Shown piece after piece: positions 49,957 to 59,510 of a stretch of DNA of 64,000 bases (its first letter is position 1; each line of letters begins with the position of its first letter). This DNA is from Clostridia bacterium (GTDB lineage: Bacteria; Bacillota; Clostridia; Oscillospirales; CAG-272), in assembly GCA_017455185.1 (NCBI GenBank), contig JAFTBN010000075.1, forward strand, positions 11,545 to 75,544, in the 5' to 3' direction. The translations under genes were made by a program, and so were the position numbers. Below the pieces are notes generated by a model. That model did no database searches. It was not told the origin of the DNA and saw nothing but the letters and a program-made list of their open reading frames with translations.

Positions 49957-51798
49957 ATGAAACAGACCCCGAACTTTTTCAAATCTTCTTTATCCGTCAG
50001 GCTCATCGGCGTATTGCTTTTGCTCTGTATGCTGTTGGCATCTTTTGCCGGATGCGGAAAAGCCGGATCCGACAACCCCGGCGGCAAGGACTCAACCCCT
50101 GTCAGGGATGAATCCGCCACCGTACCGGGAAACGAAACCGACCCCGGGGCAGACAGCGAAACCGAACCGGAAAGCACCCCGTCCGGAACGAAAGAAACCT
50201 CGTCCGAGCCCGCGGATCCGAACGCTCTGCGCATTGACGCCTCCTTTGTCATTCTGCGGAGTGAATCCTCCAAGATTTATGCCCAGGCAGCCAATTACGT
50301 CAAAAACGCATGCTACAGTCTGTTCGGGGCGGAACTGACCATCTCCACCGACAAAATACCCGAAGGCGGAAGCATCCCGGAAGACGAACACGTCATTCTA
50401 ATTGGGGAAACCAACCGGAGTGCCTCGGCCCAATACGCAGAAAAACTGCGGGCCAACGACTACGCTTACGCCGTCCCCACGAACCACACCGTTGTCATTT
50501 CCGGTTTTACCTCGGGCGCCCTGACATCCGCCGTACAGGCCTTCTTCCTGGATCTGTTCGATTACACCGAACAAAACGGCGGAACGGCCCGTTCCGTTCC
50601 GACCGGAACCGAGAAAATCTTCCAGGCGGATTATCCCGTACAGTCCCTGAAACTGGAAGGAATCGATGCCTCCGAACTCAGAATCCTGACTGCGGGCTCG
50701 ACGACGGAATACACCAACGCGGCCAAGAAGATTACAACCGTCCTGTCCAACTGGACGGGCTACAGCATACCGGTTGAAACCGAAAAAGGAAAGGACGCCC
50801 TGCATGCCATCCGGCTGCGCTCGGGTCAGGGGGACATTTACTACTCCATATCCAAGCAGGACGGAAGCATCGTCATTTCGGCCCCGACCGGCCAGCTGAC
50901 TACAGCGGTCAACAAGTTTGTCTCCCTCTATCTGAGCGGCACCCCCTCGAAGACCATGAACATCAAGGTCTCCGACAAGCCCACTTACGTCTATTCCGGT
51001 CTGAGTGAATCCGAATATTCCGGCATTGTACCGGTTTCCGAAAGCCGCACGACGATTCGCCCCGGCATCGAATACGTGGAACTGCATTATACGAACCGAA
51101 ACGGGAAGCCGGTTGTCGCCCATGCCGTCATCGTGAAAAAAGGCGCGGGAGAATTCGTCCTCGGAACACCGGACGCTCTTTACGATCAGTCCTCGCTGGC
51201 AGCGCCGCTGGAAATGGCGCACGCAACCGAAAAACGGTTTGAGGATCTGGATGTCGTAGCGGTCGTCAACGGCGACCAGTTCGGCAACTATTATCCGCTG
51301 GGTCCCACCTATATGAACGGCGTCAAACTGGCCGACCCGTCCGGCCTGACCCCGCACTGCTTTGCCATGATGATGGACGGCACCTATTACGCAGGCACGC
51401 CGAGCGGCATCCGGGACAAGAGCAAGATCTGGCAGATGGTGGGAGCAAACGGTATGATTCTCTCCGGAGGAAAAGCCGTACGGAACGGAACGGCGGACTG
51501 GTTCACGACCACACATCCCCGTACCGCCTTGGGCTATGACGACAGCGGCGCTTTGTATCTGCTCGAAGTCGACGGCAGACAATCCAGTATTTCCAACGGT
51601 GCCACCTTCATCGACATGGCCGTCATGTTCCAGTACCTGGGCGCGACAAACGCAGTCAACGTCGACGGCGGCGGATCGAGCATTATGTACATCGAAAAGG
51701 ACGGAGCGGATCTGACTTTGGTCACTTCCCCCTCCGACGGACGTCCCCGCCTTGTCGTCAACTCGGTTCTGGTGGTTACAAAGAAAGAAGCAAACTGA
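49957..51798 (+). CDS. Lipoprotein, phosphodiester glycosidase (DUF2233/NAGPA-like) family
   Basis: Lipobox FAGC. The C-terminal domain carries HPRTALGYDDSG...AVNVDGGGSS. Confidence 0.7.
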   Translation: MKQTPNFFKSSLSVRLIGVLLLLCMLLASFAGCGKAGSDNPGGKDSTPVRDESATVPGNETDPGADSETEPESTPSGTKETSSEPADPNALRIDASFVILRSESSKIYAQAANYVKNACYSLFGAELTISTDKIPEGGSIPEDEHVILIGETNRSASAQYAEKLRANDYAYAVPTNHTVVISGFTSGALTSAVQAFFLDLFDYTEQNGGTARSVPTGTEKIFQADYPVQSLKLEGIDASELRILTAGSTTEYTNAAKKITTVLSNWTGYSIPVETEKGKDALHAIRLRSGQGDIYYSISKQDGSIVISAPTGQLTTAVNKFVSLYLSGTPSKTMNIKVSDKPTYVYSGLSESEYSGIVPVSESRTTIRPGIEYVELHYTNRNGKPVVAHAVIVKKGAGEFVLGTPDALYDQSSLAAPLEMAHATEKRFEDLDVVAVVNGDQFGNYYPLGPTYMNGVKLADPSGLTPHCFAMMMDGTYYAGTPSGIRDKSKIWQMVGANGMILSGGKAVRNGTADWFTTTHPRTALGYDDSGALYLLEVDGRQSSISNGATFIDMAVMFQYLGATNAVNVDGGGSSIMYIEKDGADLTLVTSPSDGRPRLVVNSVLVVTKKEAN

Positions 51799-51834
51799 TC
51801 TCCTCTCGGGAGATTGAACCCGGGATATCTGAAA

Positions 51835-51870
51835 AAACGGCATGGTTCAACGGTTTAAACCATGCCGTTT
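51835..51870. terminator. Bidirectional terminator
   Basis: AAACGGCATGGTT pairs with AACCATGCCGTTT around a 10-nt loop, between convergent genes. Confidence 0.7.
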
Positions 51871-51954
51871 CTCTTTGCTCCCTGAAGCCACCCTGTCCGG
51901 ATTCTTTCCGTGCAGGATGCAAACCGATTTGCCGCTCTGCCCCGCAGGCCGGCC

Positions 51955-52386
51955 TTACCTGCCCTGCGGGGTGTTCTTCTCCATTCCGGACAAACTCCGC
52001 GCGATGGTGCGAATCAGCCCCCGGTCTGCGGGAAGCCATGGCACACTTTCCAATTCGTTTGCGCCAAGCCAGCGGGCGTCCAGAGCCTCCCGGAGTTCCA
52101 GGCTGCCCCTGAGCGGCACGCACCAGAAGCACTCCATGGACAGGTGAAAGTCCGGATAATCGTACTCCACGACCTCCATTCTCACCAGCACCTCAATCTC
52201 GGTGTCGAGTTCTTCCAAAATTTCACGGCGCAGAGCCTGCTCGGGCGTTTCGCCCGGCTCCACCTTACCCCCGGGAAACTCCCATCCGCCCCGAAGGGGA
52301 CCTTTGCCCCTTTCGGTTGCGAAAACACGGTCTCCCCGGCGGATCACCGCCGCGACGACGTGCACTACGTTTCGTTTTTCTTCCAA
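51955..52386 (-). CDS. Nudix hydrolase (MutT-like nucleoside triphosphate pyrophosphohydrolase)
   Basis: Nudix box GGWEFPGGKVEPGETPEQALRREILEELD. Confidence 0.85.
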   Translation of the reverse strand: MEEKRNVVHVVAAVIRRGDRVFATERGKGPLRGGWEFPGGKVEPGETPEQALRREILEELDTEIEVLVRMEVVEYDYPDFHLSMECFWCVPLRGSLELREALDARWLGANELESVPWLPADRGLIRTIARSLSGMEKNTPQGR

Positions 52387-52397
52387 AGCCGGATTCC

Positions 52398-55193
52398 TCA
52401 GGCAAAGACCAGTCTGATCACGCGCAGCTCACCCGGAGCGAAATCGAGCTCCACCCGGTTTTCCGTCGTTTCCAGAGCACAAATCTCTTTCTCGGTCACT
52501 TCGGTCAGCCCGGCGCACGCGATGGGCTTTTTGCAAACAATCTGTCCCTTTTCGGCTTTGTCCGTCACATTGAATACATGCAGAATCAGGCCGTTTCCGT
52601 CCTCGGCAATCTTAAGGCCGGAGAGTTCAAGGAAGGGGCTGATTTCCAGCAAGGAATCCGCCGCGGGCAAAGAGCCCCTGTGCGAATCGGTTCCGACGTA
52701 AAAACAGGTGTTGGAGAACGCGTCGTTCAATTCGGACAAATCGACCGGATCGACCGAACACGGGGCAATCCCCAGTTTCCACTGTCTGAATCCGAGTTCG
52801 GGACAGTTGTCCGGATTGTTGGAATTGCGCAAAAGCGAGGTGCTCAGCGCCCCGTCCTTGACCCGGAAGCCGTATGTCGCGTCACTCAGAAGCGCAAGGC
52901 CTCCCGACGCGGTTTGAACCGCCGCGCATCCGACAGCCGGCACGTCGTGCTGCTCGGGTTTGCGGGACAGATATCCGCCCGGCACACGGGATACGAAATC
53001 TTCGATTTCTCCTTCGACAGGCAGAATGAACCGCAAGGCGGGAATGCCCTTCTTTTCCGCGAATGCTTCGCGCCATTCGGCTCCGACCTGGAGCGTCAGG
53101 AACCGGTCGCCCTGGCCCAGGCCCACCGTCACACGGATTTCACTCTGGTTGTACAGAATCCGGTAGCCGTAACAGGGATACAGAGTCCCTTCGGGCTTTG
53201 CGGTTGTAAAGACCGGGCAGGTGCGGTTCAGGTTCTGCTCCATCACGGGATAGCATTCGCTCCAGGCGTTTCCGGGCATACCGGAACCCGAATCGATGTA
53301 AGGATCCTGATAGACCAGAGAGAAATATCCGGCACCGCTCTTCAGCAGTTCCCTGCCGCTCTGCTTGTCCACAAAGGATACAATCTCCATCTGGTCGTTG
53401 AAGCAGACCCGGATGTACTCGTTTTCAAGCTTCCAATCGGGATAATTCTCGGTGCGGTCCCGGGTGGAATACACCGGCGGAATCGTCCGCCCGCCGTGCT
53501 CGACCGCAACGGTGGTATATCCGAGGGGCGGAATTTTGACCCGGGTCTGGATGTTCCGATACTGATGCAGCCACCAGGTTCCGTTGTCCAACAGTTCCAC
53601 GGGCAGCTCTTCCCCGTCTGCCGTCCGGACGCACAGCGTGCTGTCGTCGCCCGGAAAATCCCAGAGCGTCAGCTTGAAGCGCTCGTTCCGCTCGCGCATG
53701 GTCGGGTTGAACAGAACGAAGATTCTCTTGGTGCCTCCGCAGGCCACCGCCCGGATATCCGGGTCGCCTCCGTACGCGCTGGTCCATTGTGCGTCTCCCC
53801 GGTATCCGACTCCGGCCCCTTCGGCATACGAAGCGGGGTCGTCAATCGGACCAAAGACAGAAGTGTCGACCGCGGAGGCGATTTCATTGAGCGCGCGGGA
53901 ACGGCCCGCGTATGCGTATCCCATCCCCTCCTGGTAGCGGCCCATGGCAAAATGGCGGGTATCCGCCACGCCCGACCCGGTCAGGATGTCATGGAACTGA
54001 TTGAAAAGCGTATGGGTCCAGGCCGTACGGTAATCATAGGGATGTGCGTTGACGAGCACCTTGCCAAGGGCGGATGCGGCTTCGGACGCATAAAGTGCCC
54101 GCTCGATTCTCCGGTTTCCTCCCTTGATGGCCGCCTGGGACGTATAGCAGCCCGTAAAGACGTAGTTCTGTTCCTCGTTGAGAACCGGGAACGTCTGCCC
54201 TTCTGCCTCTACCGCGGCAAAATACTCCCGGTAGGTGCTCAGTCTGGCCTGAGGCGCGATCGGCCACTTGCCAAGGTCCAGGATCCGCTCGATGTCGCGC
54301 CGGGTCGGTCCGCCGCCGTGGTCGCCCACGCCGTACAGTTTCAGTCTCTGATGAATGCCGTTTCGGTCACACTCTTCGGGCACACGGGAAAGGAACCCGT
54401 ATTCAACCGGTCCGCCGTATCCCTCGATTTCCCGATGCATCAGCACGGTCTTGCCGGAGGGAGACTGCCACAGATGCAGGTCCTTTCCGTCTTTAGGCAT
54501 ATTTCCGCGCATGTGATAATAATACTTCACGCCGCCCAGGGCCAGCACTTCGGGAACAAACCGGCTGTGCCCGAAGGTGTCGGGTTCAAAATCAATCTGT
54601 ACGTCCTTTTCATCCAGACCGAACTTTTCCTTCATATAGGCCCTGGTATAGAGCAGATGACGGATCATACTGGAATAGTCCATCATGTTCTTGTCCGCTT
54701 CCACCCAGGTGGACGCAGACACTTCCCAGCGGCCCTCCCGGATTTTTTCCTTGATCTGCTCAAACAGAACGGGATCAAACTTTTCCACGATTTCATAGGT
54801 GGAGGTCTGCGACTGGGAGAACTTGAATTCCGGGAATTGGTTCATCAGTTTGATGACGGTACGGAACGTATCCAGAGCCACAGCGACCGTTTCGTTATAT
54901 CCCCACATCCAGTTCATGTCGATGTGCGCATGGCCTGCAAAATGAACCGTATAGGCTTTGGCGTCTTTCTGCATAGGCAAAAGGGTTTCTTCGCATTTCT
55001 GAGCCGCCTGTACCGTAATGCAGCCCTGCTCATCCAGACTGCGGCAGAGAGCATCCAACGCCTCTTCAATCAGGGCATCATATAAGCCATTCCGAGAACG
55101 GCTGATGGCTTGCGCATACGGAAGTTCATACTTGATCCTCTCCATTGCGGGAGCGCATGGAGCCGCGGCAATCCGATTCATTTTAGCATTCAT
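52398..55193 (-). CDS. GH38 alpha-mannosidase
   Basis: ATG at 55193 follows AAGGAGGAAAACAGA. Carries HAHIDMNWMWGYNETV and GVGDHGGGPTRRDIE. About 930 aa. Confidence 0.8.
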   Translation of the reverse strand: MNAKMNRIAAAPCAPAMERIKYELPYAQAISRSRNGLYDALIEEALDALCRSLDEQGCITVQAAQKCEETLLPMQKDAKAYTVHFAGHAHIDMNWMWGYNETVAVALDTFRTVIKLMNQFPEFKFSQSQTSTYEIVEKFDPVLFEQIKEKIREGRWEVSASTWVEADKNMMDYSSMIRHLLYTRAYMKEKFGLDEKDVQIDFEPDTFGHSRFVPEVLALGGVKYYYHMRGNMPKDGKDLHLWQSPSGKTVLMHREIEGYGGPVEYGFLSRVPEECDRNGIHQRLKLYGVGDHGGGPTRRDIERILDLGKWPIAPQARLSTYREYFAAVEAEGQTFPVLNEEQNYVFTGCYTSQAAIKGGNRRIERALYASEAASALGKVLVNAHPYDYRTAWTHTLFNQFHDILTGSGVADTRHFAMGRYQEGMGYAYAGRSRALNEIASAVDTSVFGPIDDPASYAEGAGVGYRGDAQWTSAYGGDPDIRAVACGGTKRIFVLFNPTMRERNERFKLTLWDFPGDDSTLCVRTADGEELPVELLDNGTWWLHQYRNIQTRVKIPPLGYTTVAVEHGGRTIPPVYSTRDRTENYPDWKLENEYIRVCFNDQMEIVSFVDKQSGRELLKSGAGYFSLVYQDPYIDSGSGMPGNAWSECYPVMEQNLNRTCPVFTTAKPEGTLYPCYGYRILYNQSEIRVTVGLGQGDRFLTLQVGAEWREAFAEKKGIPALRFILPVEGEIEDFVSRVPGGYLSRKPEQHDVPAVGCAAVQTASGGLALLSDATYGFRVKDGALSTSLLRNSNNPDNCPELGFRQWKLGIAPCSVDPVDLSELNDAFSNTCFYVGTDSHRGSLPAADSLLEISPFLELSGLKIAEDGNGLILHVFNVTDKAEKGQIVCKKPIACAGLTEVTEKEICALETTENRVELDFAPGELRVIRLVFA

Positions 55194-55381
55194 TCTGTTT
55201 TCCTCCTTATGGATCCGGGACCTGATCGGTCCACCCCCAGTATAGCAAAACAAAAAGGGAAAAACAACCCTCAAATCGAATCGATTCGGATTGATTCTTC
55301 CCTTTTATCATCTTTTGAACGGAGCTGCCCAAAGGACCTGTTCCCTTGCGCGTCTGTTCACTCTTTTTAGTGAAATTCTAA

Positions 55382-56395
55382 TTATCCGCTTGTCAGATCA
55401 AAACGTATAAAAGCAACATCCTTATCCCATCCGGAAAGAAGGTCCCTAAAAATCAGCAGGTCGCTCAAAACCTTTTTGTCGGAAGCATCGTAATGGAAAA
55501 GCAGAACGTCCTCATTCAGAAAATCAAATGATAAAACAATCTTCGTGGGATCAACTCCGTCTTTCTCCGAGTAATCCGGCCAAACGGATTCGCAATGAAG
55601 CGTGAGATGATTGTTATCATCCAGACTGTAAGTTCCGGAAACAGTCGTTTTATAACTGCTTAACAGACTTCTGAATGCAAAGGTTTGATCGTCGTATAGC
55701 TGAATAAACGGCATGGGGGTCAAGGGGCACCTGAATGACCCGACGCATTTTTCAGACGTCACGGGCTGTCCGCTTTGCTTTAAGGCGGCGTCATTTTTCT
55801 CTTTTCCCTTTATTTCCTCGCGCTCAAATGCCAAATCCTGATCGCCGCCTTCCCAAGGAACGGAAATAGACAGATCATTTAAAACGTCCTCGCTGGACTG
55901 CCCGTAATGCAGCACAAGTACGTCCTCATTCAAAAAATCAAACGATAATTTGATATTTGCAATATCTATGTTTATGTTGTCAGATTCTTTAAATATGTTG
56001 TCAGAGTCTTTAAAAGGCGACGAAACCTTCTCGCATGTTAAACCCACATGATTGTTTTCCGTTAGCCGCCAGGTGCCTCGGATCACATGCCCAAAGCCGA
56101 GCGTACTATTCAGCCAAAAGGTCTGATCGGGGAGCAACGCCATTCTGACATTAGAAGATATCGTACAGGCGTATAATCCGACAGCCGAATCCGTATCTAC
56201 TGCCGAGTATTCCTGCTTCAAAGCCCTGTCATTGTTCTCTTTTGCTTCGTTCGATACGTTCCCGGAATCCTCCTCCTTTGTCTCCAAACTACGGCTCTCG
56301 GTTTCATCTGACGAAACGATATTTCCGCAAGCCGGAATGAAAAGCAAAGCAAAAATCAAAAAGATAATCACTATCATTCTTTTTCGGGCATTCAT
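55382..56395 (-). CDS. Lipoprotein of unknown function with an internal duplication
   Basis: Lipobox FIPACG. Two homologous halves each end in LSFDFLNEDVL(V/L)(L/F)HY. The gene is AT-richer than its neighbours. Confidence 0.65.
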   Translation of the reverse strand: MNARKRMIVIIFLIFALLFIPACGNIVSSDETESRSLETKEEDSGNVSNEAKENNDRALKQEYSAVDTDSAVGLYACTISSNVRMALLPDQTFWLNSTLGFGHVIRGTWRLTENNHVGLTCEKVSSPFKDSDNIFKESDNINIDIANIKLSFDFLNEDVLVLHYGQSSEDVLNDLSISVPWEGGDQDLAFEREEIKGKEKNDAALKQSGQPVTSEKCVGSFRCPLTPMPFIQLYDDQTFAFRSLLSSYKTTVSGTYSLDDNNHLTLHCESVWPDYSEKDGVDPTKIVLSFDFLNEDVLLFHYDASDKKVLSDLLIFRDLLSGWDKDVAFIRFDLTSG

Positions 56396-56481
56396 GACAT
56401 TCTTTTCCTTTCAGAAAGATTCATTAACAGTCAAACAAGTGCAAAAAAAAGCAACCGACTGTCAATGTCTAATTCATAATA

Positions 56482-56838
56482 TCATATTTTTTTCTGAAGT
56501 AAAGTACCAAATTGAAAAAAATTGTTCACCTTTAACAGCTGAAGTGTAAAGATTTCAGTATTTCTTGCGAACGACAAAATACGGTTGAGGCATTTTCTGC
56601 GTTCCGTGATGGAAAGGTTCTGATAATCTTCCTCGCGGCGAATGATGGGACCTGCGTGAAAGCAATGCTTCACGTCAAACGCAACGTCTGTAAGCCCGCG
56701 CTCCAAGTGATGGATCTGATCCTCGATAGAATTACTTTGGTCGTGGAATACGAGTGTAAACAGATAGAACGGCGTGTGAGGCTCGTATGAACCGAAACCG
56801 CCCGACTCATCGACGAATATACTTAGCTCGTTCATCAC
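56482..56838 (-). CDS. DUF3800-like protein, probably truncated
   Basis: The N-terminus LSIFVDESGGFG is the DUF3800 signature. At 118 aa, with a degenerate-looking tail, it is shorter than I would expect for this family. Confidence 0.45.
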   Translation of the reverse strand: MMNELSIFVDESGGFGSYEPHTPFYLFTLVFHDQSNSIEDQIHHLERGLTDVAFDVKHCFHAGPIIRREEDYQNLSITERRKCLNRILSFARNTEIFTLQLLKVNNFFQFGTLLQKKI

Positions 56839-57147
56839 TCACACTCCTTCCAAAAGAAAATGGCGGGGAACATCCCCGCCGCAGGTGGACCCGGGTCCGA
56901 AGACCAGCCCGTTTCCCTTGTCTGTATTATGCCATACTTTTAAGCAAAATGCAACACATTTTATCGAAAAATGGTTCAATGCAAAAGTTTGTTAAGTTGA
57001 TTTCCAGGCATAAATGCAAACACAAAAAACGGGAAGAGTCAAAAAAGAACTTCCTATCCAATCCTTATGAGGATGGCATACGCCTTGACGAAAGAATGAG
57101 AAAAGAATAAAATAAGAGTCGCAACAACAAGAAAAAAGAGGTTTATT

Positions 57148-58146
57148 ATGCAACTCAACATCGGACAATACCCGCACGGAACCCGCAACCAGATCTCCGA
57201 CGTTCCGGGTGTCAGGGTCGGACACACAACCGTTGACAGGGACCAGGTCCATACCGGCGTCACCGTCGTTCTACCGCCTGTGCACAACCCGTTCACCCAA
57301 AAGCTGACGGCCGCTTCAGCCGTTTTCAACGGATTCGGCAAGACCCTTGGACTTGTTCAGGTTGACGAACTCGGCACCCTGGAAACCCCGATTGCCCTGA
57401 CCAACACCCTCAACGTCGGCAAAGTGCACGACGCCCTGGTATCCTATATGATCGATCTTTGCGCCAAAGACGGATTCCGTCTGACTTCGGTCAATCCGGT
57501 TGTTTGCGAATGCAACGACAGCGGTCTGTCGGATATCGCGCAGCGCCCCATTGGGGAAAAAGAAGTCCTTTCTGCCATTGCCTCGGCCTCGGACACCTTC
57601 GAAGAAGGTGCGGTAGGAGCCGGCCGCGGCACCACCTGCTACGGTATGAAGGGCGGCATCGGTTCCTCCTCCCGGGTCATGCGCATCGATGAGACCGATT
57701 ATACCATCGGCATCCTGGTCCAAAGCAATTACGGCTCGGCCAAGGATTTCCGCGACGCGACGCTCCCCGATGACCTTGCTCCCTGCGACAAAGGAAGCAT
57801 CATCCTGGTCTGCGCGACCGATTTGCCCCTTTCCGCCCGCCAGCTCAGACGGGTCCTGCGCCGCGCCTCGGTCGGGATGGCCAGACTCGGTTCGTACATC
57901 GGGCACGGAAGCGGCGAGATTGCCGTCGGTTTCACGACCGCGCCCCGGACCGAAGAAGGCAGTTTCTACCATCTCCGGGCCCTTCGCGAGGACCGAATGG
58001 ACATTCCCTTCCGCGCCATCGGCGAATGCGCCGAGGAGGCCATTCTCAAATCCATGCTCAACGCAGAACCCGACGTGACCCTGAGCGGGAAGAAAGTACC
58101 CTCGCTTGGCGAATATCTGGCCCGCCGTCCGGGCGAGGAAGCCTGA
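57148..58146 (+). CDS. P1/S58 family peptidase (DmpA-like aminopeptidase)
   Basis: ISDVPGVRVGHTTV, TGVTVVLPP, and GRGTTCYGMKGGIGSSS (autoprocessing Gly-Ser region). Confidence 0.75.
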   Translation: MQLNIGQYPHGTRNQISDVPGVRVGHTTVDRDQVHTGVTVVLPPVHNPFTQKLTAASAVFNGFGKTLGLVQVDELGTLETPIALTNTLNVGKVHDALVSYMIDLCAKDGFRLTSVNPVVCECNDSGLSDIAQRPIGEKEVLSAIASASDTFEEGAVGAGRGTTCYGMKGGIGSSSRVMRIDETDYTIGILVQSNYGSAKDFRDATLPDDLAPCDKGSIILVCATDLPLSARQLRRVLRRASVGMARLGSYIGHGSGEIAVGFTTAPRTEEGSFYHLRALREDRMDIPFRAIGECAEEAILKSMLNAEPDVTLSGKKVPSLGEYLARRPGEEA

Positions 58147-58294
58147 AGGCACAGCCCAAAGCCCTGTACCCGGCAAACCACGAAGCCTTCCCCCTGAACA
58201 GGGATTTGATGCGGATAGAGCGTATTCGGACAAACAAAAAAGACCCGGTTCATGATCCTGGACACGGAAAAACGAAAGAACCGAAAAAGGCCCG

Positions 58295-58328
58295 TACCCG
58301 AAAGGGATATCTCCATATCCCCCGGGTA
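58295..58328. terminator. Candidate bidirectional terminator
   Basis: TACCCG-AAA-GGGATAT-CTCC-ATATCCC-C-CGGGTA, followed by a T-rich run and preceded by an A-rich run. Confidence 0.45.
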
Positions 58329-58390
58329 AGGGTCTTTCTTTTGTTCGGAATCACTTCCTTGGAAAAGGCCGGAAGTTTCCTTCGCTTTTC

Positions 58391-59431
58391 TTATGGCTCG
58401 GCGGGAACCGAGGACGGAACCTGAGTCGGAACCGTTGCGCTCGATGAGGTTTTGTCTCCGCCCAGTCCGATGATGGTGCTGACGTTGTCCGAACCGAGGT
58501 AGGTCTGCGGAAGAACGCCGTTCCACTGCTGGACATAATAGTATTGCAATAGTTCTTCGGTCAGGGCTTCGGAAATCGCACGGTTCTTTGCCGCTTCCTT
58601 CTGGCCTGCGTATTCGGCCGCATCCGCCTGAATCTTGGTTACTTCAAGGTCTGCCTCGGCCTGAATCTTGGCCACTTCTGCCTCCGCGTTCGCCTTGATG
58701 ACGTCACGCTCGGATGTGGCGCGCTGCTCAATGGTCTTCTGCTGCTGCTCGATTTCGGCTTTCAGCTTGTTCTGCGCGGCGACCTGCTTTTCCTCCACCG
58801 CGTTGGTAAACGCGTCGGTGAAATCCATGTCCTCAATCGCCGTAGAAACCACCTCAATGTTGTATCGGCGCAGCTGCGTGGTCAGAAGAGTCTCTATTTC
58901 GGAAGCAAGCTTGTCCCGCGATCCGATCAGTTCCTCGGCGGTATATCGGGCCATGATGGTCTTCACGGCTTCTGCCACATTGGGCGTGATGACCGTATCG
59001 TAATAGGAAATACCGACCGTGCTGTAAATCTCCTGCGCGTTGTTCTTGTTGATCTGGTAGTTCAGCGTGTACACCGTCTGCACTTCCTGAATATCCGAGG
59101 AGAAGCAGGACAGATTGACCGAAGCCTTCTGCACACGGTTGTCCATGGTAATGACCTTGGACCAGGGTGCCTTGGCATGCATACCGGCATCCAGCGTGTA
59201 ATTCTCCACCCGTCCGAAAACCGTCACCACTCCCGTGTGACCGGTCGGGACGCTGATCATCATGGAAGATACAATCAACACCACACATACGACGCCGGCC
59301 GCTGCCAGCGTCCCGATTCCCGCCATCTTATAACCGGGTTTTGCCCCGTATGCCTTGCTCTTCTTGAGCAAATAAAAACCGACAAAAAGCCCTACGGCCA
59401 AAATCAATATACCCACAATCAGATTGAACAT
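58391..59431 (-). CDS. SPFH/band-7 (prohibitin-family) membrane protein
   Basis: N-terminal TM helices, the SPFH core (PTGHTGVVTVFGRV...LNYQI) and an A/E/Q-rich coiled coil. Confidence 0.8.
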   Translation of the reverse strand: MFNLIVGILILAVGLFVGFYLLKKSKAYGAKPGYKMAGIGTLAAAGVVCVVLIVSSMMISVPTGHTGVVTVFGRVENYTLDAGMHAKAPWSKVITMDNRVQKASVNLSCFSSDIQEVQTVYTLNYQINKNNAQEIYSTVGISYYDTVITPNVAEAVKTIMARYTAEELIGSRDKLASEIETLLTTQLRRYNIEVVSTAIEDMDFTDAFTNAVEEKQVAAQNKLKAEIEQQQKTIEQRATSERDVIKANAEAEVAKIQAEADLEVTKIQADAAEYAGQKEAAKNRAISEALTEELLQYYYVQQWNGVLPQTYLGSDNVSTIIGLGGDKTSSSATVPTQVPSSVPAEP

Positions 59432-59510
59432 AAGTCCTCCTTTTCGCAGAAGTCCTTCCGCCCAAAGGACCGAAGGACTTCACGCTTTACTTTTTTATAC
59501 TACGCTCTTT

